Positions 42,480-53,114 of a stretch of DNA of 64,000 nt are shown here, in pieces. The position numbers were made by a program, and so were the translations under genes. The notes under the pieces are model-generated. The model saw only the letters and a list, made by a program, of their open reading frames with translations, was not told where the DNA came from and ran no database searches. This stretch comes from an uncultured Poribacteria bacterium (GTDB lineage Bacteria > Poribacteria > WGA-4E > WGA-3G). Every line of letters starts with the position of its first letter. Position 1 is the stretch's first letter. Location: the NCBI GenBank assembly GCA_951813565.1, contig OX638351.1, positions 2,624,001 to 2,688,000 on the forward strand, in the 5' to 3' direction.

Positions 42480-43450
42480 CGAGTACGCGCTAAGAATCGT
42501 TGAAAGTCACTCGAAAGTTTATCATTGAATATGCTAAATAGCGAAAACCTAAACGGGTTTCTTTAAGTTTATCGTAGCTAAGGGCGAGTTTCCGATAAGT
42601 CCCTTGCCAACCGAATGTGCGTTCTACTTTAAATCTCTCTTTGTAGATATCTTTCTTAAACCAACGGAACTTGCGAGCAATAACGATAGGTTCTTTAGTA
42701 TTCCGTTTGTTCGGATAGATCACTGGGATCAGACCTTGTTCTTTGATAATCTTGTGATTCACCTTGGAATCAAAACCAGAATCCAGCGTTAGAGCGGAAC
42801 TCTCAAGTTCCAGTCCAATGCGATTGCTGAAGGAGATGAATTCAGTCAATGCCTCGGGCAAAATCGTTGTCTCATGTTGGTTAACCGGTTTGGTGGTTAT
42901 CGGACTAACGATGAACCCGTGATTGTCGGTGATGGTCAACTCTTTTTCACCTTTCTGATGTTTGTGTCCCGAATAACCGATGCCATCGCCCCTTTTTTTA
43001 CGACGGTATTTGACCCATCTCCATGAAGTTGAGAGGTGTCAAGTTGATCGGTATCAAGCAGATGTATCACTGATGCTTCAAAAAGTTTTTGATAAGAACC
43101 ATCTTTTGACCATCTATTATGCCATTTATAGACATTAGACCAATGGAGTTCATTCCGCCGGGTGCGGAGCCGCTCCCATTGAATGCCAGTATGCAAAACA
43201 TAAAGGATATAATTAAATATCTTATACGAAGATATTTTAGGTTTCGGTCCTTTATGCCTTTTAGACAAAAAGGGTTTAATATACCGGTTAAAATCCCTAA
43301 GCGAAACCTGTTTCGGAAGACAATTGGAATTCAGTTGTTTTTCAGTTGTGTCAGCCATAAGAGAACCTCTCAAAAAAATAGGACTTACATTATTAACTTA
43401 TATACCTTTATTTTACTATATTTATAGGTTTTACTCAATATGACTTCGAT
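42467..43450 (-). mobile_element. IS5-family insertion sequence (two-ORF, frameshifting type)
   Basis: Imperfect TIR agcgaactcatagcgagta / tactcaatatgacttcgat; ORFs 42936-43373 and 42490-42939 with an AAAAAAAGGGG slippery site; YVLHTGIQW, LDSGFD and RFKVERTFGW motifs. Confidence 0.85.
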
Positions 43451-43968
43451 TGAAAAACTTTCCAAGATTTACTATGTGCCTCTCAAGCGTAATCGTCTTG
43501 TCAATGATACGGATGGTGTTGAACAACACCAACAAGTCCAAGATTTATGTTGGACCCAAGCAGAAATACGACAAGGAAAACGAGTGCACATCAATAAGTT
43601 TCCAAATGGACATCAAGTGAAGTTGTTCCGGATAGCGTCCTCTAACGGACACACGGTATATATCGCTACAAACGATTTATCTCAATCAGATGCGGATGCC
43701 ACAATCCAAGAATGTAAAGTGCGTTGGAAGATTGAGCAATTTCATCGTGAGATCAAACAAGTCACTGGTATTGGTAAATGTCAATGTCGCAAGTTGCGTG
43801 CGCAAAGAAATCATATTGCGTGTTGTTTTCAAGTATGGGTCTGTTTGACACGCACTGCCCGTGCAGTTGGTAGAACAATTTATGAGCTTAAAGATAGCTT
43901 ATTGGACGATTATTTACGACATCAACTCTCAAATCCTTCAATAATCTTCAAGACTGCGTAAGTCCTGA
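43449..43968 (+). pseudogene. IS701-family transposase, 3' remnant with right TIR
   Basis: RWKIEQFHREIKQVTGIGKCQCR…QRNHI; ends tgcgtaagtcctga; diverged paralogue of the 34035 element. Confidence 0.85.
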
Positions 43969-44399
43969 TTGCGAAAAAATTTGTCAATCTATAATAGTAG
44001 ATTTTGGAATTACTTGGACACTCTGCACCAGCGAGGTTAGGAAACCTCGCCTACCAGTGTTAATGTCCGAGGCGCAATGAATTGCGCGACTGCAAACACC
44101 ACAAATGCTAAGAAATGTTCACTTAATTTTACGACTTGTGCCAGTTAAGTGAAAGTTTTGTTGTTTTTCACAATTGTTCATATTTTGGAATCAACGCCAA
44201 ATACGCTTTTGGTATTTGGCCGGAGCGATCTCCGAATCGCGACACGTTTGCAGTCGGGAATCGGAGTTCCCTCCTACCTTGAGAACAGCAGCTATCGGAA
44301 AAGTTGCGGAATGCAAACCCAAACAAGAGGAACATGTGAAATATAAATATACCAAATGTTAACTGGCACAACGCGTTAATTTTATAATTCACTATAAAC

Positions 44400-44606
44400 G
44401 TTTTTGAACGCTGTTAACCTTATCTTCCATTGTTTGGGTTCTGTCAATCCGAGTGCCAAATTTGAGTGTAGTTGTAATTCGGGGTGCCCACATCTCATGC
44501 ATTATTTTATGACACCATTTAATCGCATCAAATACTGTATCCTATTTATCTTCAATATTAGTGCCGCAAGCATGGCGTTTCGTCTTTAAGCCTGTTTCTT
44601 TCAATA
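44400..44606 (-). pseudogene. Decayed duplicate of the MTH1187/thiamine-binding gene
   Basis: Colinear with 46669-46878 (…PRITTTLKFGTRIDRTQTMEDK…) but with indels/stop and no 5' end. Confidence 0.75.
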
Positions 44607-44622
44607 ACTTGAGTTTGATAAA

Positions 44623-45045
44623 TAACCCAAGTTGCTACCTACAAAATTTAGACCTACAGACGCCATTTTTAGTAGAGAACAGTTCATTATTCGGAAATAT
44701 CGTAGCGCAAACTTTATGAAGATTAAAAATATATTTCGGTATTTTCTAACCATAGACATCTTGTTTTATGTTTTTCTTGTGTGAGGTTCATTATCTTGTT
44801 GTCTGAATCACGGAAGGCACGGAGAACACTGAGTTCACGGAAGTCCTTTCTATTCATTTATGTTTCTTCTAATCAGAAATAGTAATGAAACGGAAATGCT
44901 TCTGCGTCTTCCGCGTTCTCTGCGCCTTCCGTGATTCAGACAGAAAAGGGATCAGATTACCGAATTAAAAAATTAATCTTCATTCAGTTTGCGTATTCAT
45001 AGGCACAAACTAAAAGTTTATGCTACATAGGTGGCAACTTAGTTA
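44623..45045. mobile_element. TAACCYAAGTTGC-ended MITE with nested inverted-repeat elements
   Basis: TIR taacccaagttgc / gcaacttagtta, taaa on both flanks; contains atgaagattaa…ttaatcttcat and tgtctgaatcacggaagg…ccttccgtgattcagaca. Confidence 0.7.
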
Positions 45046-45070
45046 TAAATAGTTAAAAAAGAAACGTGTA

Positions 45071-45109
45071 GACCCTGTAGCCACAAGTTCTAAATTGGGC
45101 TACAGGGTC
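45071..45109 (-). terminator. Hairpin downstream of the 45148 gene
   Basis: gaccctgtagcc…ggctacagggtc 12-bp stem. Confidence 0.55.
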
Positions 45110-45147
45110 AGATTTAACATGTTATATCACGTGTTGTATAAAGCCAA

Positions 45148-46347
45148 TTATTTCGCACTTTTCAATTTACCCCAGACGGTGATAAACTTACCTGCTGCTT
45201 CAACACTTTGGTATTCGTCGGAGGGTGTATAGGCAGTTTCTACGGACCCGCGAATACCGACGTGTACTCCCCATCCGCCACCAGCTTCACTGACTTTGAC
45301 CATCAACAAGTTGTTACCCCGTTTCAGATCAACTGTAAACTCATCTTGCCATCTGGATCTTCCACGGTTAACCGCGTTCGTGTGAACGACTTCACCATTG
45401 AGCCAGACTTTGATGGAATCATCACTCCCAACTAACATACTGACACCTTCCATCGCTTCTTCTGCGACAAGTGTAACGAGTCCATAAGCTGTTATGTGGT
45501 CCAAAGCACCTTGTTCTATTCCTGCTTGATTGACAAGAACATTAAGGTCACCGTTGTCAGGCAGATCAGCGAGAGTCCACTCATAATCTCCGACTTTGTC
45601 CCCTTCAGTTGCGCTATTATTAGCCACCCTTTTTTCAGTAACTTTATTATTGCTTGCATCTGCAAGGGAATCGATGTCGGTGGAAGCTGCTCCACCCTGA
45701 CCAGGTTCGGTTGGTGCGATCACCCAAAGCCAATCTGTCAAAATATCTTCTATAGGAACGAAGGGCGTTTCAGAAATACCTACGTGCATGCCCCAACCAC
45801 CACCAGCTTCACTGATTTTGACCATCAAAAAGTTGTCACCTTGTTTCAGATCAATTGCGAACTCATCTTGCCACATGCTCCGTCCACGGTTAACGGCATT
45901 CTTAAAAACGACTTCACCATTCAGCCAGACTTTGATGGAATCATCACTACCGGTTTTCATTGTCGCCTCTTGTGCCTTATCCGATTCGTATGTATAAAGT
46001 GCGTATGAAGTAATGTGATCCAACGCACCTTCCTCCATTCCTGATTGATTGACAACAGTATTGATGTCCCCGTTTGCTGGCAATTCAGCGAGTGTCCACT
46101 CATAATCTCCGACCTCGTCTCCTTCTTTTGCTCCATTTTTAGCCACCATTTCTTCGGTAACTTTGTCATCGCTTGCAACTGCAAGGGAATCGATATCGGT
46201 AGAATTAGCACCACCCTGTCCCGCTTCAGTTTTAGCGATCATCCAAAGCCATGGACCGAGAATTTGATCTTGCGCATCAGCAGTCAGCGTCATCACCGAA
46301 AGACTCATCAGACAAGCCAACGCTATTATACACAATTTTCTGAACAT
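45148..46347 (-). CDS. Secreted protein with two tandem ~165-aa beta domains and shared C-terminal tail
   Basis: Signal peptide; duplicated WLW.IA…GSDDSIKVWLNG…GGWG; ends SVEAAGKFITVWGKLK. Confidence 0.82.
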   Translation of the reverse strand: MFRKLCIIALACLMSLSVMTLTADAQDQILGPWLWMIAKTEAGQGGANSTDIDSLAVASDDKVTEEMVAKNGAKEGDEVGDYEWTLAELPANGDINTVVNQSGMEEGALDHITSYALYTYESDKAQEATMKTGSDDSIKVWLNGEVVFKNAVNRGRSMWQDEFAIDLKQGDNFLMVKISEAGGGWGMHVGISETPFVPIEDILTDWLWVIAPTEPGQGGAASTDIDSLADASNNKVTEKRVANNSATEGDKVGDYEWTLADLPDNGDLNVLVNQAGIEQGALDHITAYGLVTLVAEEAMEGVSMLVGSDDSIKVWLNGEVVHTNAVNRGRSRWQDEFTVDLKRGNNLLMVKVSEAGGGWGVHVGIRGSVETAYTPSDEYQSVEAAGKFITVWGKLKSAK

Positions 46348-46390
46348 TAAATAACCTCCTATATAATTTTGTAGTAATTCTTAAGTATTC

Positions 46391-46562
46391 TAACCCAAGT
46401 TGCTACCTATAAGATTTTTGGCACACAGACACCATTTTTAACAGACACCATTTTTAATAGAGAACAGTTCGTTATTGGTGAAATATTGTAGCGCAAACTT
46501 TTAGTTTGTGGACTAATATGCGCAAACTAAAAGTTTGTGCTACTATGTGGCAACTTAGGTTA
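46391..46562. mobile_element. TAACCYAAGTTGC-ended MITE
   Basis: taacccaagttgc / gcaacttaggtta; internal sequence homologous to 44623. Confidence 0.75.
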
Positions 46563-46651
46563 TTTCATAGTAAAATGTAAATAATATTACATTCTATATC
46601 ATTTTAGCAGCATGTCAATAAAAGTCAAGGATAGTTTGATAAAAATTCTTG

Positions 46652-46957
46652 TCATTCTATTATGAACTGTTTTTGAACGCTATCAATTTTATCTTCCATC
46701 GTTTGGTTTCTATCAATCCGCGTGCCAAACTTTAGCGTTGTCGTAATTCGAGGCGCGCCCATCTCGTGCACTACCTCATGACACCTTCTTATGGCATCAA
46801 ACACGGCACTCCATTCACCTTCAATGTTGGTGCCGTAAGCGTGAAGTTTTGTCTTTAAACCTGCTGCTTTCAACACATTTTCACATGCGGTGACATATTT
46901 TGAGACAGATACGCCGACACCGATCGGAACAACACACAGATCAGCAATAACTTTCAT
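46652..46957 (-). CDS. MTH1187/YkoF-family thiamine-binding protein
   Basis: DLCVVPIG..VSKYV, HAYGTNIEGEW and HEMGAPRI motifs. Confidence 0.88.
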   Translation of the reverse strand: MKVIADLCVVPIGVGVSVSKYVTACENVLKAAGLKTKLHAYGTNIEGEWSAVFDAIRRCHEVVHEMGAPRITTTLKFGTRIDRNQTMEDKIDSVQKQFIIE

Positions 46958-46967
46958 GTGTTTCTCT

Positions 46968-47906
46968 CTAATTCTCGCGTAGTTTTTCCAGAATAGCGGT
47001 AGGTAGCGGCGCTGCGTCAGAGGTCGCGATACCGTCGTCAACTTGCGCGGGAGACATCATGCCCGGAATAACACAACAGACTGCCGAATGTGCTAAAATA
47101 AATTTTAAGGCGGCTTGCGGCAGGCTTCGTGCTTTATCGCCAATGATTGATTTAATCTGTTCAACCTGTTCTAAATCAGTGAGAAATTTCTCACGGGGCC
47201 ACGTTTTCCGATAATCGTTTTCAGCAAATTCTGTGTCTGCATTGAGTTGTCCTGAAAGTAAACCTGACGACAGTGGTTGACGCGCCACAACTGCGATCCC
47301 ATTTTCAGCAGCTGTTTTCATTACAGGTTTTGACATATCTTGATTGAGGATGTTATACGTTAGCATTAAGGAGGAAATACCGGTTTCAGCTATTGCCTTA
47401 AGTGCCTGCTCTTCATTTCCGAGACATAACCCATAAAAGCGAATTTTTCCTTCGGTTTTGAGTTCTTCCATTGTGCCGAATGCTTCGTCCCACACTTCTG
47501 CTGGCGGTGGTCCGTGAAATTGATAGATGTCTATCGCATCCTTTTTCAATCGTGTAAGACTACCTTCAACTGCTTGACGGATATAATCTCGGGAAGCATT
47601 GAACGCGGGAACTGTCCCGCCTTGACTAATCCAACCATCGGAGTCCAATTCATATCCGAGTTTCGTTGCGATGATAATTCTGTCACCGAGCACTGAAAAA
47701 GCTTCACCTAAGAAACGTTCCGCACGTCCGCCACCGTATTGGTCAGCGGTATCGTAAAAGGTTACACCTTTTTCAAAAGCGTATTGAAGGAGATCAACAG
47801 CCTCTTTTTCGCCTATGTCTCCCCATTCACGTCCCCCGAGTTCCCATGTTCCCATGCCGATTTCGGAGACGGTCAAACCCGTTTTTCCAAATTTGCGCTG
47901 TCGCAT
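46968..47906 (-). CDS. Aldo/keto reductase
   Basis: GLTVSEIGMGTW, YDTADQYG, ATKLG, SLTRLK..IDIYQFH and PLSSGLL motifs. Confidence 0.93.
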   Translation of the reverse strand: MRQRKFGKTGLTVSEIGMGTWELGGREWGDIGEKEAVDLLQYAFEKGVTFYDTADQYGGGRAERFLGEAFSVLGDRIIIATKLGYELDSDGWISQGGTVPAFNASRDYIRQAVEGSLTRLKKDAIDIYQFHGPPPAEVWDEAFGTMEELKTEGKIRFYGLCLGNEEQALKAIAETGISSLMLTYNILNQDMSKPVMKTAAENGIAVVARQPLSSGLLSGQLNADTEFAENDYRKTWPREKFLTDLEQVEQIKSIIGDKARSLPQAALKFILAHSAVCCVIPGMMSPAQVDDGIATSDAAPLPTAILEKLREN

Positions 47907-47984
47907 CAGTTTCTCCCACGTGGACTTGCTCCAATTTTACAAAATTTGGGTAATTTTGTCAATGATTAAATTTGCATTGTACAC

Positions 47985-48197
47985 GGGTGTGTAAAGTTTT
48001 TGTAGAAACCCGCACAACTCCTATTGTAGGGGCGGGTCTCCGGGGAATGCCAAAAGGCATTCGGACCGTTGATTTGGTGCCTGCCCGCTGCATGGCACGT
48101 CCTGCGCAGTGGCGGGGCACAGGGACCCCGCTCTACAGTGGAAAACGCCGCGTAATCATTGCAAATTGAACCTATGTAACCAAATATTTACACACCC
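47985..48197. mobile_element. Short form of the IS256-like-ended MITE
   Basis: gggtgtgtaaa / tttacacaccc ends; 9-bp TSD attgtacac. Confidence 0.88.
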
Positions 48198-48313
48198 ATT
48201 GTACACAATTACATTGACACATCATTCCTGTTTCTGATAGGATATAGTTGTTCAAGTGCCAAAGAAATGCCTCTAACGCGCATTAAATAGATTAAAAACG
48301 CTCATAGATATTT

Positions 48314-48662
48314 TACTATAGTTTGGGCAATTCTTGTCTCGTGGAAATTAAGTTTCAACGGAAAATCTATTTTCTACGAGTTTCGCATATCAGTGAAACA
48401 CAGCGAAAATACCGCACTCCAGCGGAGTGCTATGTCTATAGAAAATGGCACGTATCTTGCGCTCCAGCGGAGTGCTATGTGTTGGAAATCACGTACCGCT
48501 CCGCTGGAGCGGAGGGACGGTTCATCATGTGGCTATAAACATATTGCTCCGCTGGAGCAAAGAGGGTTTCTGTTTTGTTTGTCTTGTGTTGATTTAGCAA
48601 TATAAGTCGTGGGCCAATTTCTTATATCAACTCAAGTTTGAAAAATTGTCCAAACTATAGTA
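48314..48662. mobile_element. MITE with internal gctccagcggag palindromes
   Basis: TIR tactatagtttgggcaatt / aattgtccaaactatagta; four short palindromic units at 48414-48558. Confidence 0.65.
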
Positions 48663-48678
48663 TATTTTAGGGACATAC

Positions 48679-49719
48679 ATGAAATTATTGGTCACTGGTG
48701 GTGCTGGATTTATCGGCACAAATTTTATTCGATACTGGCTCAAGGAGTATCCGAAAGATGTTGTGATTAACCTTGATCGGTTGACTTATGCTGGAAATCT
48801 TACAAACCTGACAGATATTGTCTTAGCTTATTCTGATCGATATGTTTTTGCGCATGGCGATATTCTGGATGACGTATTCGTTTCAGAACTTATAGAAACA
48901 CATCAACCTGATGTGATTGTGAATTTTGCGGCGGAATCACACAATAGTCGTGCAATTTTGCAGCCGCGCCAATTCTTTGAAACAAACGTGATCGGGACAC
49001 AAGTTTTATTGGATGCTGCTCGGCAATACGGCGTGTCTCGGTTTCACCATATCTCAACTTGTGAGGTCTACGGCGAACTGGAATTGGACTCACTCGATGC
49101 TTTCGCTGAAACCGCACCTTACCGACCACAGACCCCTTACAACGCATCAAAAGCAGCAGCAGACCATCTCGTAAACGCATATTTCCATAGCTTTGGACTA
49201 CCGATAACCATTTCTAATTGTTCCAATAATTATGGTGCATATCAGCACCCTGAGAAGTTGATTCCGCTTTTCACAACAAATGCTATGCAGGATTTGCCTC
49301 TGACGCTCTACCGTAGCAGTCACAACTGCAGAGAATGGCTACATGTTGATGACCATTGCCGTGCGATTGCCTCGGTAATCTACAACGGAAAAATTGGAGA
49401 AACATATAACATCGGCAGCGGTGTTGAAAAAAGTATTGAAGAGATTACCGATTTTATCTTAGATACGCTTGGTAAACCGCAACACCTGAAAACTTATGTG
49501 CCTGACAGACCCGGACATGATTGTCGGTATCTCTTGGATTCAGAAAAGATTGCTCGTGAACTCGGTTGGAAGCCTGAAATACCGTTTGAGAAAGGCATGC
49601 GGCAAACAATTCAGTGGTATGTCGAAAATCGGGAATGGTGGGAGAAAATACAGCAGAACGCAGATAAGGAAGTAGTACAAGAAGATAAATGGGACACGTT
49701 CTCTCAAGAAAAAAGGTGA
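48679..49719 (+). CDS. rfbB: dTDP-glucose 4,6-dehydratase
   Basis: LVTGGAGFIG, LTYAGNL, FAAESH, YNASKA, SNNYG.YQHPEKLIP and DRPGHD motifs. Confidence 0.92.
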   Translation: MKLLVTGGAGFIGTNFIRYWLKEYPKDVVINLDRLTYAGNLTNLTDIVLAYSDRYVFAHGDILDDVFVSELIETHQPDVIVNFAAESHNSRAILQPRQFFETNVIGTQVLLDAARQYGVSRFHHISTCEVYGELELDSLDAFAETAPYRPQTPYNASKAAADHLVNAYFHSFGLPITISNCSNNYGAYQHPEKLIPLFTTNAMQDLPLTLYRSSHNCREWLHVDDHCRAIASVIYNGKIGETYNIGSGVEKSIEEITDFILDTLGKPQHLKTYVPDRPGHDCRYLLDSEKIARELGWKPEIPFEKGMRQTIQWYVENREWWEKIQQNADKEVVQEDKWDTFSQEKR

Positions 49720-49724
49720 GATGT

Positions 49725-50693
49725 ATGAGATTGACAGACAACCAACTTGCAACTTGGAAACGTGACGGAATCATCGTTGTGCCGAACGTTTTTTCACATG
49801 AGGCAGTTTCTTCTGCGCTGGAAGCAGTTGAGCAAAACGCTTATGATGGTTTATCCTACGCGGAATATCGCGCAAAATGGGATGACCAACCTGATGAACT
49901 TGAAAGGGCTTATGAAAAAAATGATCCTATGAATCGACTCGCGGGTCCCTTTGGTAAAGTTTCGCACTTTCCAACAGGGTTAGAAGCAGTGGACAAACTT
50001 ATCGAAAATGAAACCTATCTGGGGATTGCGCAGCAGTTGTTAGGCACAGAAGAAATCCGGATCAGCTATGGGCAAATTTTTCTGAGAGAAGGGTTAACGG
50101 ATAAACGCTACAGTGAGCATCCTTGGCAAGGGTATCACATTGACAATGGCACGAATGCAGCGTTGCCGCCGCATCCTGATTGGCAACGTTACGGATATAT
50201 TCTATGCAGCATTATGCTGCACGATGTTGATTTGGACGGTGCCCCGATGCTTATCTGTCCGGGTTCACAAGACCAATTGGATATGATATGGGAAAAACAT
50301 CCCGGCAGTGCGGGTGGACTCGGCATTCCTGACTTGCGTGAGTTTAAGGAATTGGCAGAACCTGTTCCTCTCATAGCGAAAGCGGGGAGTGCTATTTATC
50401 GGTCAAGTTATATAGTTCATGCTGCACAACCGTTTGCGAACAGAAGTAAACAGCGGGTATGGATGGGATATCACTTCCATCGTGCTGACAATGCTGGCTG
50501 GTGTTTAACAACACGACCTACCCCACGGTCAAGTCCACATTATATGAATTTTATCACACAAACAACGCCCTCGGTGAGACGAGTGTTAGGTTGGCCTGCG
50601 CCTGGCGATCCCTACTACACATCCCAAGCCTTAGATCGTTTAGCGCAAGCGTATCCTGAAATTGATTTAGAACCTTATCAAAAGAGTGCTTAG
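49725..50693 (+). CDS. PhyH-family dioxygenase
   Basis: YHID, LHDVD..GAPM.ICPGS and VHAA…R motifs. Confidence 0.82.
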   Translation: MRLTDNQLATWKRDGIIVVPNVFSHEAVSSALEAVEQNAYDGLSYAEYRAKWDDQPDELERAYEKNDPMNRLAGPFGKVSHFPTGLEAVDKLIENETYLGIAQQLLGTEEIRISYGQIFLREGLTDKRYSEHPWQGYHIDNGTNAALPPHPDWQRYGYILCSIMLHDVDLDGAPMLICPGSQDQLDMIWEKHPGSAGGLGIPDLREFKELAEPVPLIAKAGSAIYRSSYIVHAAQPFANRSKQRVWMGYHFHRADNAGWCLTTRPTPRSSPHYMNFITQTTPSVRRVLGWPAPGDPYYTSQALDRLAQAYPEIDLEPYQKSA

Positions 50694-50694
50694 G

Positions 50695-51405
50695 TTATTG
50701 TGGACACCACGCCATCACTGTACCAAAACTGGCGAAGGCGCTGTTTTCTCCACTTGTTAAAATCCGTGAACCTTGCACAACAATCCGCGTATCTCGGCTT
50801 GTGATTTTGTAACTGACTGGGGCATCTTTGGCAATCAACGGTTCTCCGTTCGCGTCCTTTAGTTTATCCAACCGATAATGCACCGACCTATGTGCAGGCA
50901 CGTCAAATTCACAAGAGACGTTTTCCAAATCAGTATCTTCATAAAGCACCTCTAACAGACAGCACGTCCCAATATCTGCAGTGTTGGAAATGCATATAGA
51001 TTCGTGTGAGAAATATCCGCCGCCATGCTGTTCCCATTCCTGCTCTGCTGCAGATAACCCTGCCATGTAGCCATCAGGAATTACCCAAACATAAGTCCCA
51101 TCCCCATCTGAGGTATAGGATTTAAGCGCATCTGCTACTGATTCTGGATTATCTTTGATTTCATTCAACGAAATTACCAGAAATCGGGAATATAGTTGAA
51201 TTCCTTTTGACGAATTGTCTTCTTTTCGTTGTCCTATCACATTCAAACATAATCTGTTTTCATCTAACATCTCAATATGACTCACGCCTTGTGACGTTAG
51301 CGAGTCACCGAACGTGTTGTTGAGAAGAGTTGTTAGCGTATCAAGATTTGAGATTCCTGCCTGTTTGTATTCTCGGATTGTTGCGAATAATACTTCATAA
51401 GTCAT
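50695..51405 (-). CDS. Protein with C-terminal ASRT (sensory rhodopsin transducer-like) domain
   Basis: WVIPDGY, SHESICISN, VPAHRSVHYRL and IVVQGSR resemble ASRT; AAGGAG RBS before ATG 51405. Confidence 0.7.
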   Translation of the reverse strand: MTYEVLFATIREYKQAGISNLDTLTTLLNNTFGDSLTSQGVSHIEMLDENRLCLNVIGQRKEDNSSKGIQLYSRFLVISLNEIKDNPESVADALKSYTSDGDGTYVWVIPDGYMAGLSAAEQEWEQHGGGYFSHESICISNTADIGTCCLLEVLYEDTDLENVSCEFDVPAHRSVHYRLDKLKDANGEPLIAKDAPVSYKITSRDTRIVVQGSRILTSGENSAFASFGTVMAWCPQ

Positions 51406-51425
51406 AGATTTCTCCTTGAGAGATT

Positions 51426-51773
51426 TTATACCATCCATCTTCCATCAATACCGAGCAGTGCTCCTAACACTTGTAAAAGCACAACCTCTGCATCAGGTCC
51501 GACAAAATGCCGATGGGCGTCAATATAGGTGCCGTAATCTGCTGCCCATTCACGAAAGTAGGTTTCGTATTCCCATCCGTTTGCAGTGCGGCGGAAACTG
51601 GAACGTTCTGGGTAAGGAAGTTTTTGATTTAAAAGTTCGTGTAGTTGTTCAGCGGTAGGTAACCATAAGTCTCTGTTGTTTTCTGAGGTGGGTTGAAGTG
51701 CTTGAATTGCAGGGTGTCGGCACATCTGTAGGTATTCTTCAGAAGAATGGTTATGTTTTTCTGATGGGGTCAT
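51426..51773 (-). CDS. Hypothetical protein
   Basis: 115-aa ORF co-oriented between neighbours; LWLPTAEQL motif. Confidence 0.65.
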   Translation of the reverse strand: MTPSEKHNHSSEEYLQMCRHPAIQALQPTSENNRDLWLPTAEQLHELLNQKLPYPERSSFRRTANGWEYETYFREWAADYGTYIDAHRHFVGPDAEVVLLQVLGALLGIDGRWMV

Positions 51774-51803
51774 GGGATGGGATAACGTTAATTGTCAAAT
51801 ATT

Positions 51804-52097
51804 TTACATGATGCCGAGAATTTTCCATGCGCGATCGTATTTTTGTCGTATTTCGTCTGAGGCAACGATAATATCCATTTTCATTTGCCTCGCAGTTTCA
51901 ATATCTGATCTCGTTTTTTCCCGCTCTCCGAGGCGTAACCACGATCCGCCACGATAGTAGCATGCCTCCGCATAGTCAGGTTTGAGTTCTATCGATTTGG
52001 TATAGTCTTCAATAGCAAGGTCTACCTCACCATTTTTACTTTTTTCTATCCCGCTATTAAAATACTTTTTAGCAAGTTCCTGATCCTGTTTTGCCAT
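51804..52097 (-). CDS. Small TPR-repeat protein
   Basis: YFNSG…AIEDYTKSIELKPDYAEACYYRG; GGAG RBS. Confidence 0.82.
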   Translation of the reverse strand: MAKQDQELAKKYFNSGIEKSKNGEVDLAIEDYTKSIELKPDYAEACYYRGGSWLRLGEREKTRSDIETARQMKMDIIVASDEIRQKYDRAWKILGIM

Positions 52098-52290
52098 TAT
52101 ATTCTTCTCCACAATGCGAATTACTTGAGAGTATGATACCATACAAAAAAGACAGATTCAACAGAATTTCGGAGGGCGACCGAATTAAACTTGTCCCTGT
52201 GGACATTCTTTAGGTCACAATAATCCTTGCAAATCCTGTAAAACTCCATTATAATACCAATTCTAAAATACAATGTCCCATTTAACATAC

Positions 52291-53020
52291 TACAGTCTAT
52301 CTCATAAATCGTTAAATACGGTTCCTTACACAGGTTCTACATTCATTGTAGGGGCGGGTCCCTGTGCCCGCCCATTGTTTCCACTTATGAGAGAGATGGC
52401 GAGGCACCAAATCAACGGTCCGAATGCCTTATGGCATTCCCCGGGACCTCGCCCTACAAATGATTTATGAGATACGCTCTATAATAGACATTATAATGAT
52501 TTAATCTGCGTTGTGTTGTCAGAATCGCGGATTATCGCAGATTTATCGGATGACGCGGATTTTAAGAACTTTGTATCCGCACATTCAACGGACGCATGCA
52601 CGCCTTCTGTTATTGACCGGACATTATGAAAACGACTTGTTGTTACCAGTATCCAATAATCCGTGCCATCTGCGTCATCCGATAAATCCGCGATTCAGAA
52701 AGTTGCGCGCGATGCCTCATCTACCCAACGGACAAACATAAGATTTTTCCGTGGACCAATAACTCACAATTATAGTAAAAATCACAATTACCTTTACATT
52801 TGCGAGGTTAGGAAACCTCGCCAGCGCAAGCGTGTGGGGATTGCTGTTCATTGAAATGTGAACATATTTTCGGATTTTACTATAAAACGTTATAATGTCT
52901 AATTTAATGGAATATCAACAGAAGAAAGAATGTCCGAGGCGACAAGTCATGGCGAATACCACACGCGTATTCGCCCAAGTGCGCTTGGCGTTGATTTGGC
53001 AATGAATTGCGCGACTACGA
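52291..53020. repeat. Cluster of nested MITE/REP elements
   Basis: IR pairs tatctcataaatc/gatttatgagata, agacattataa/ttataatgtct, tatagtaaaa/ttttactata and gaatcgcggatt/aatccgcgattc; micro-inserts at 52408 and 52941. Confidence 0.7.
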
Positions 53021-53114
53021 ACGCGTTTTTGTTAATGAGAAGCTATTATTTAGAAATGGTATAATATCCCACACCACCAATGAATGATCTTAGCAAGATG
53101 GAAAGAAATATTCA

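Noticed and set aside
43968..43980. Possible remnant IS1595 end (attgcg) next to the IS701 TIR
   Set aside because: Only a 6-bp match, which could be chance.
48414..48558. CRISPR-like spaced palindromes
   Set aside because: Only four short units in mixed orientation with irregular spacing, inside a MITE.
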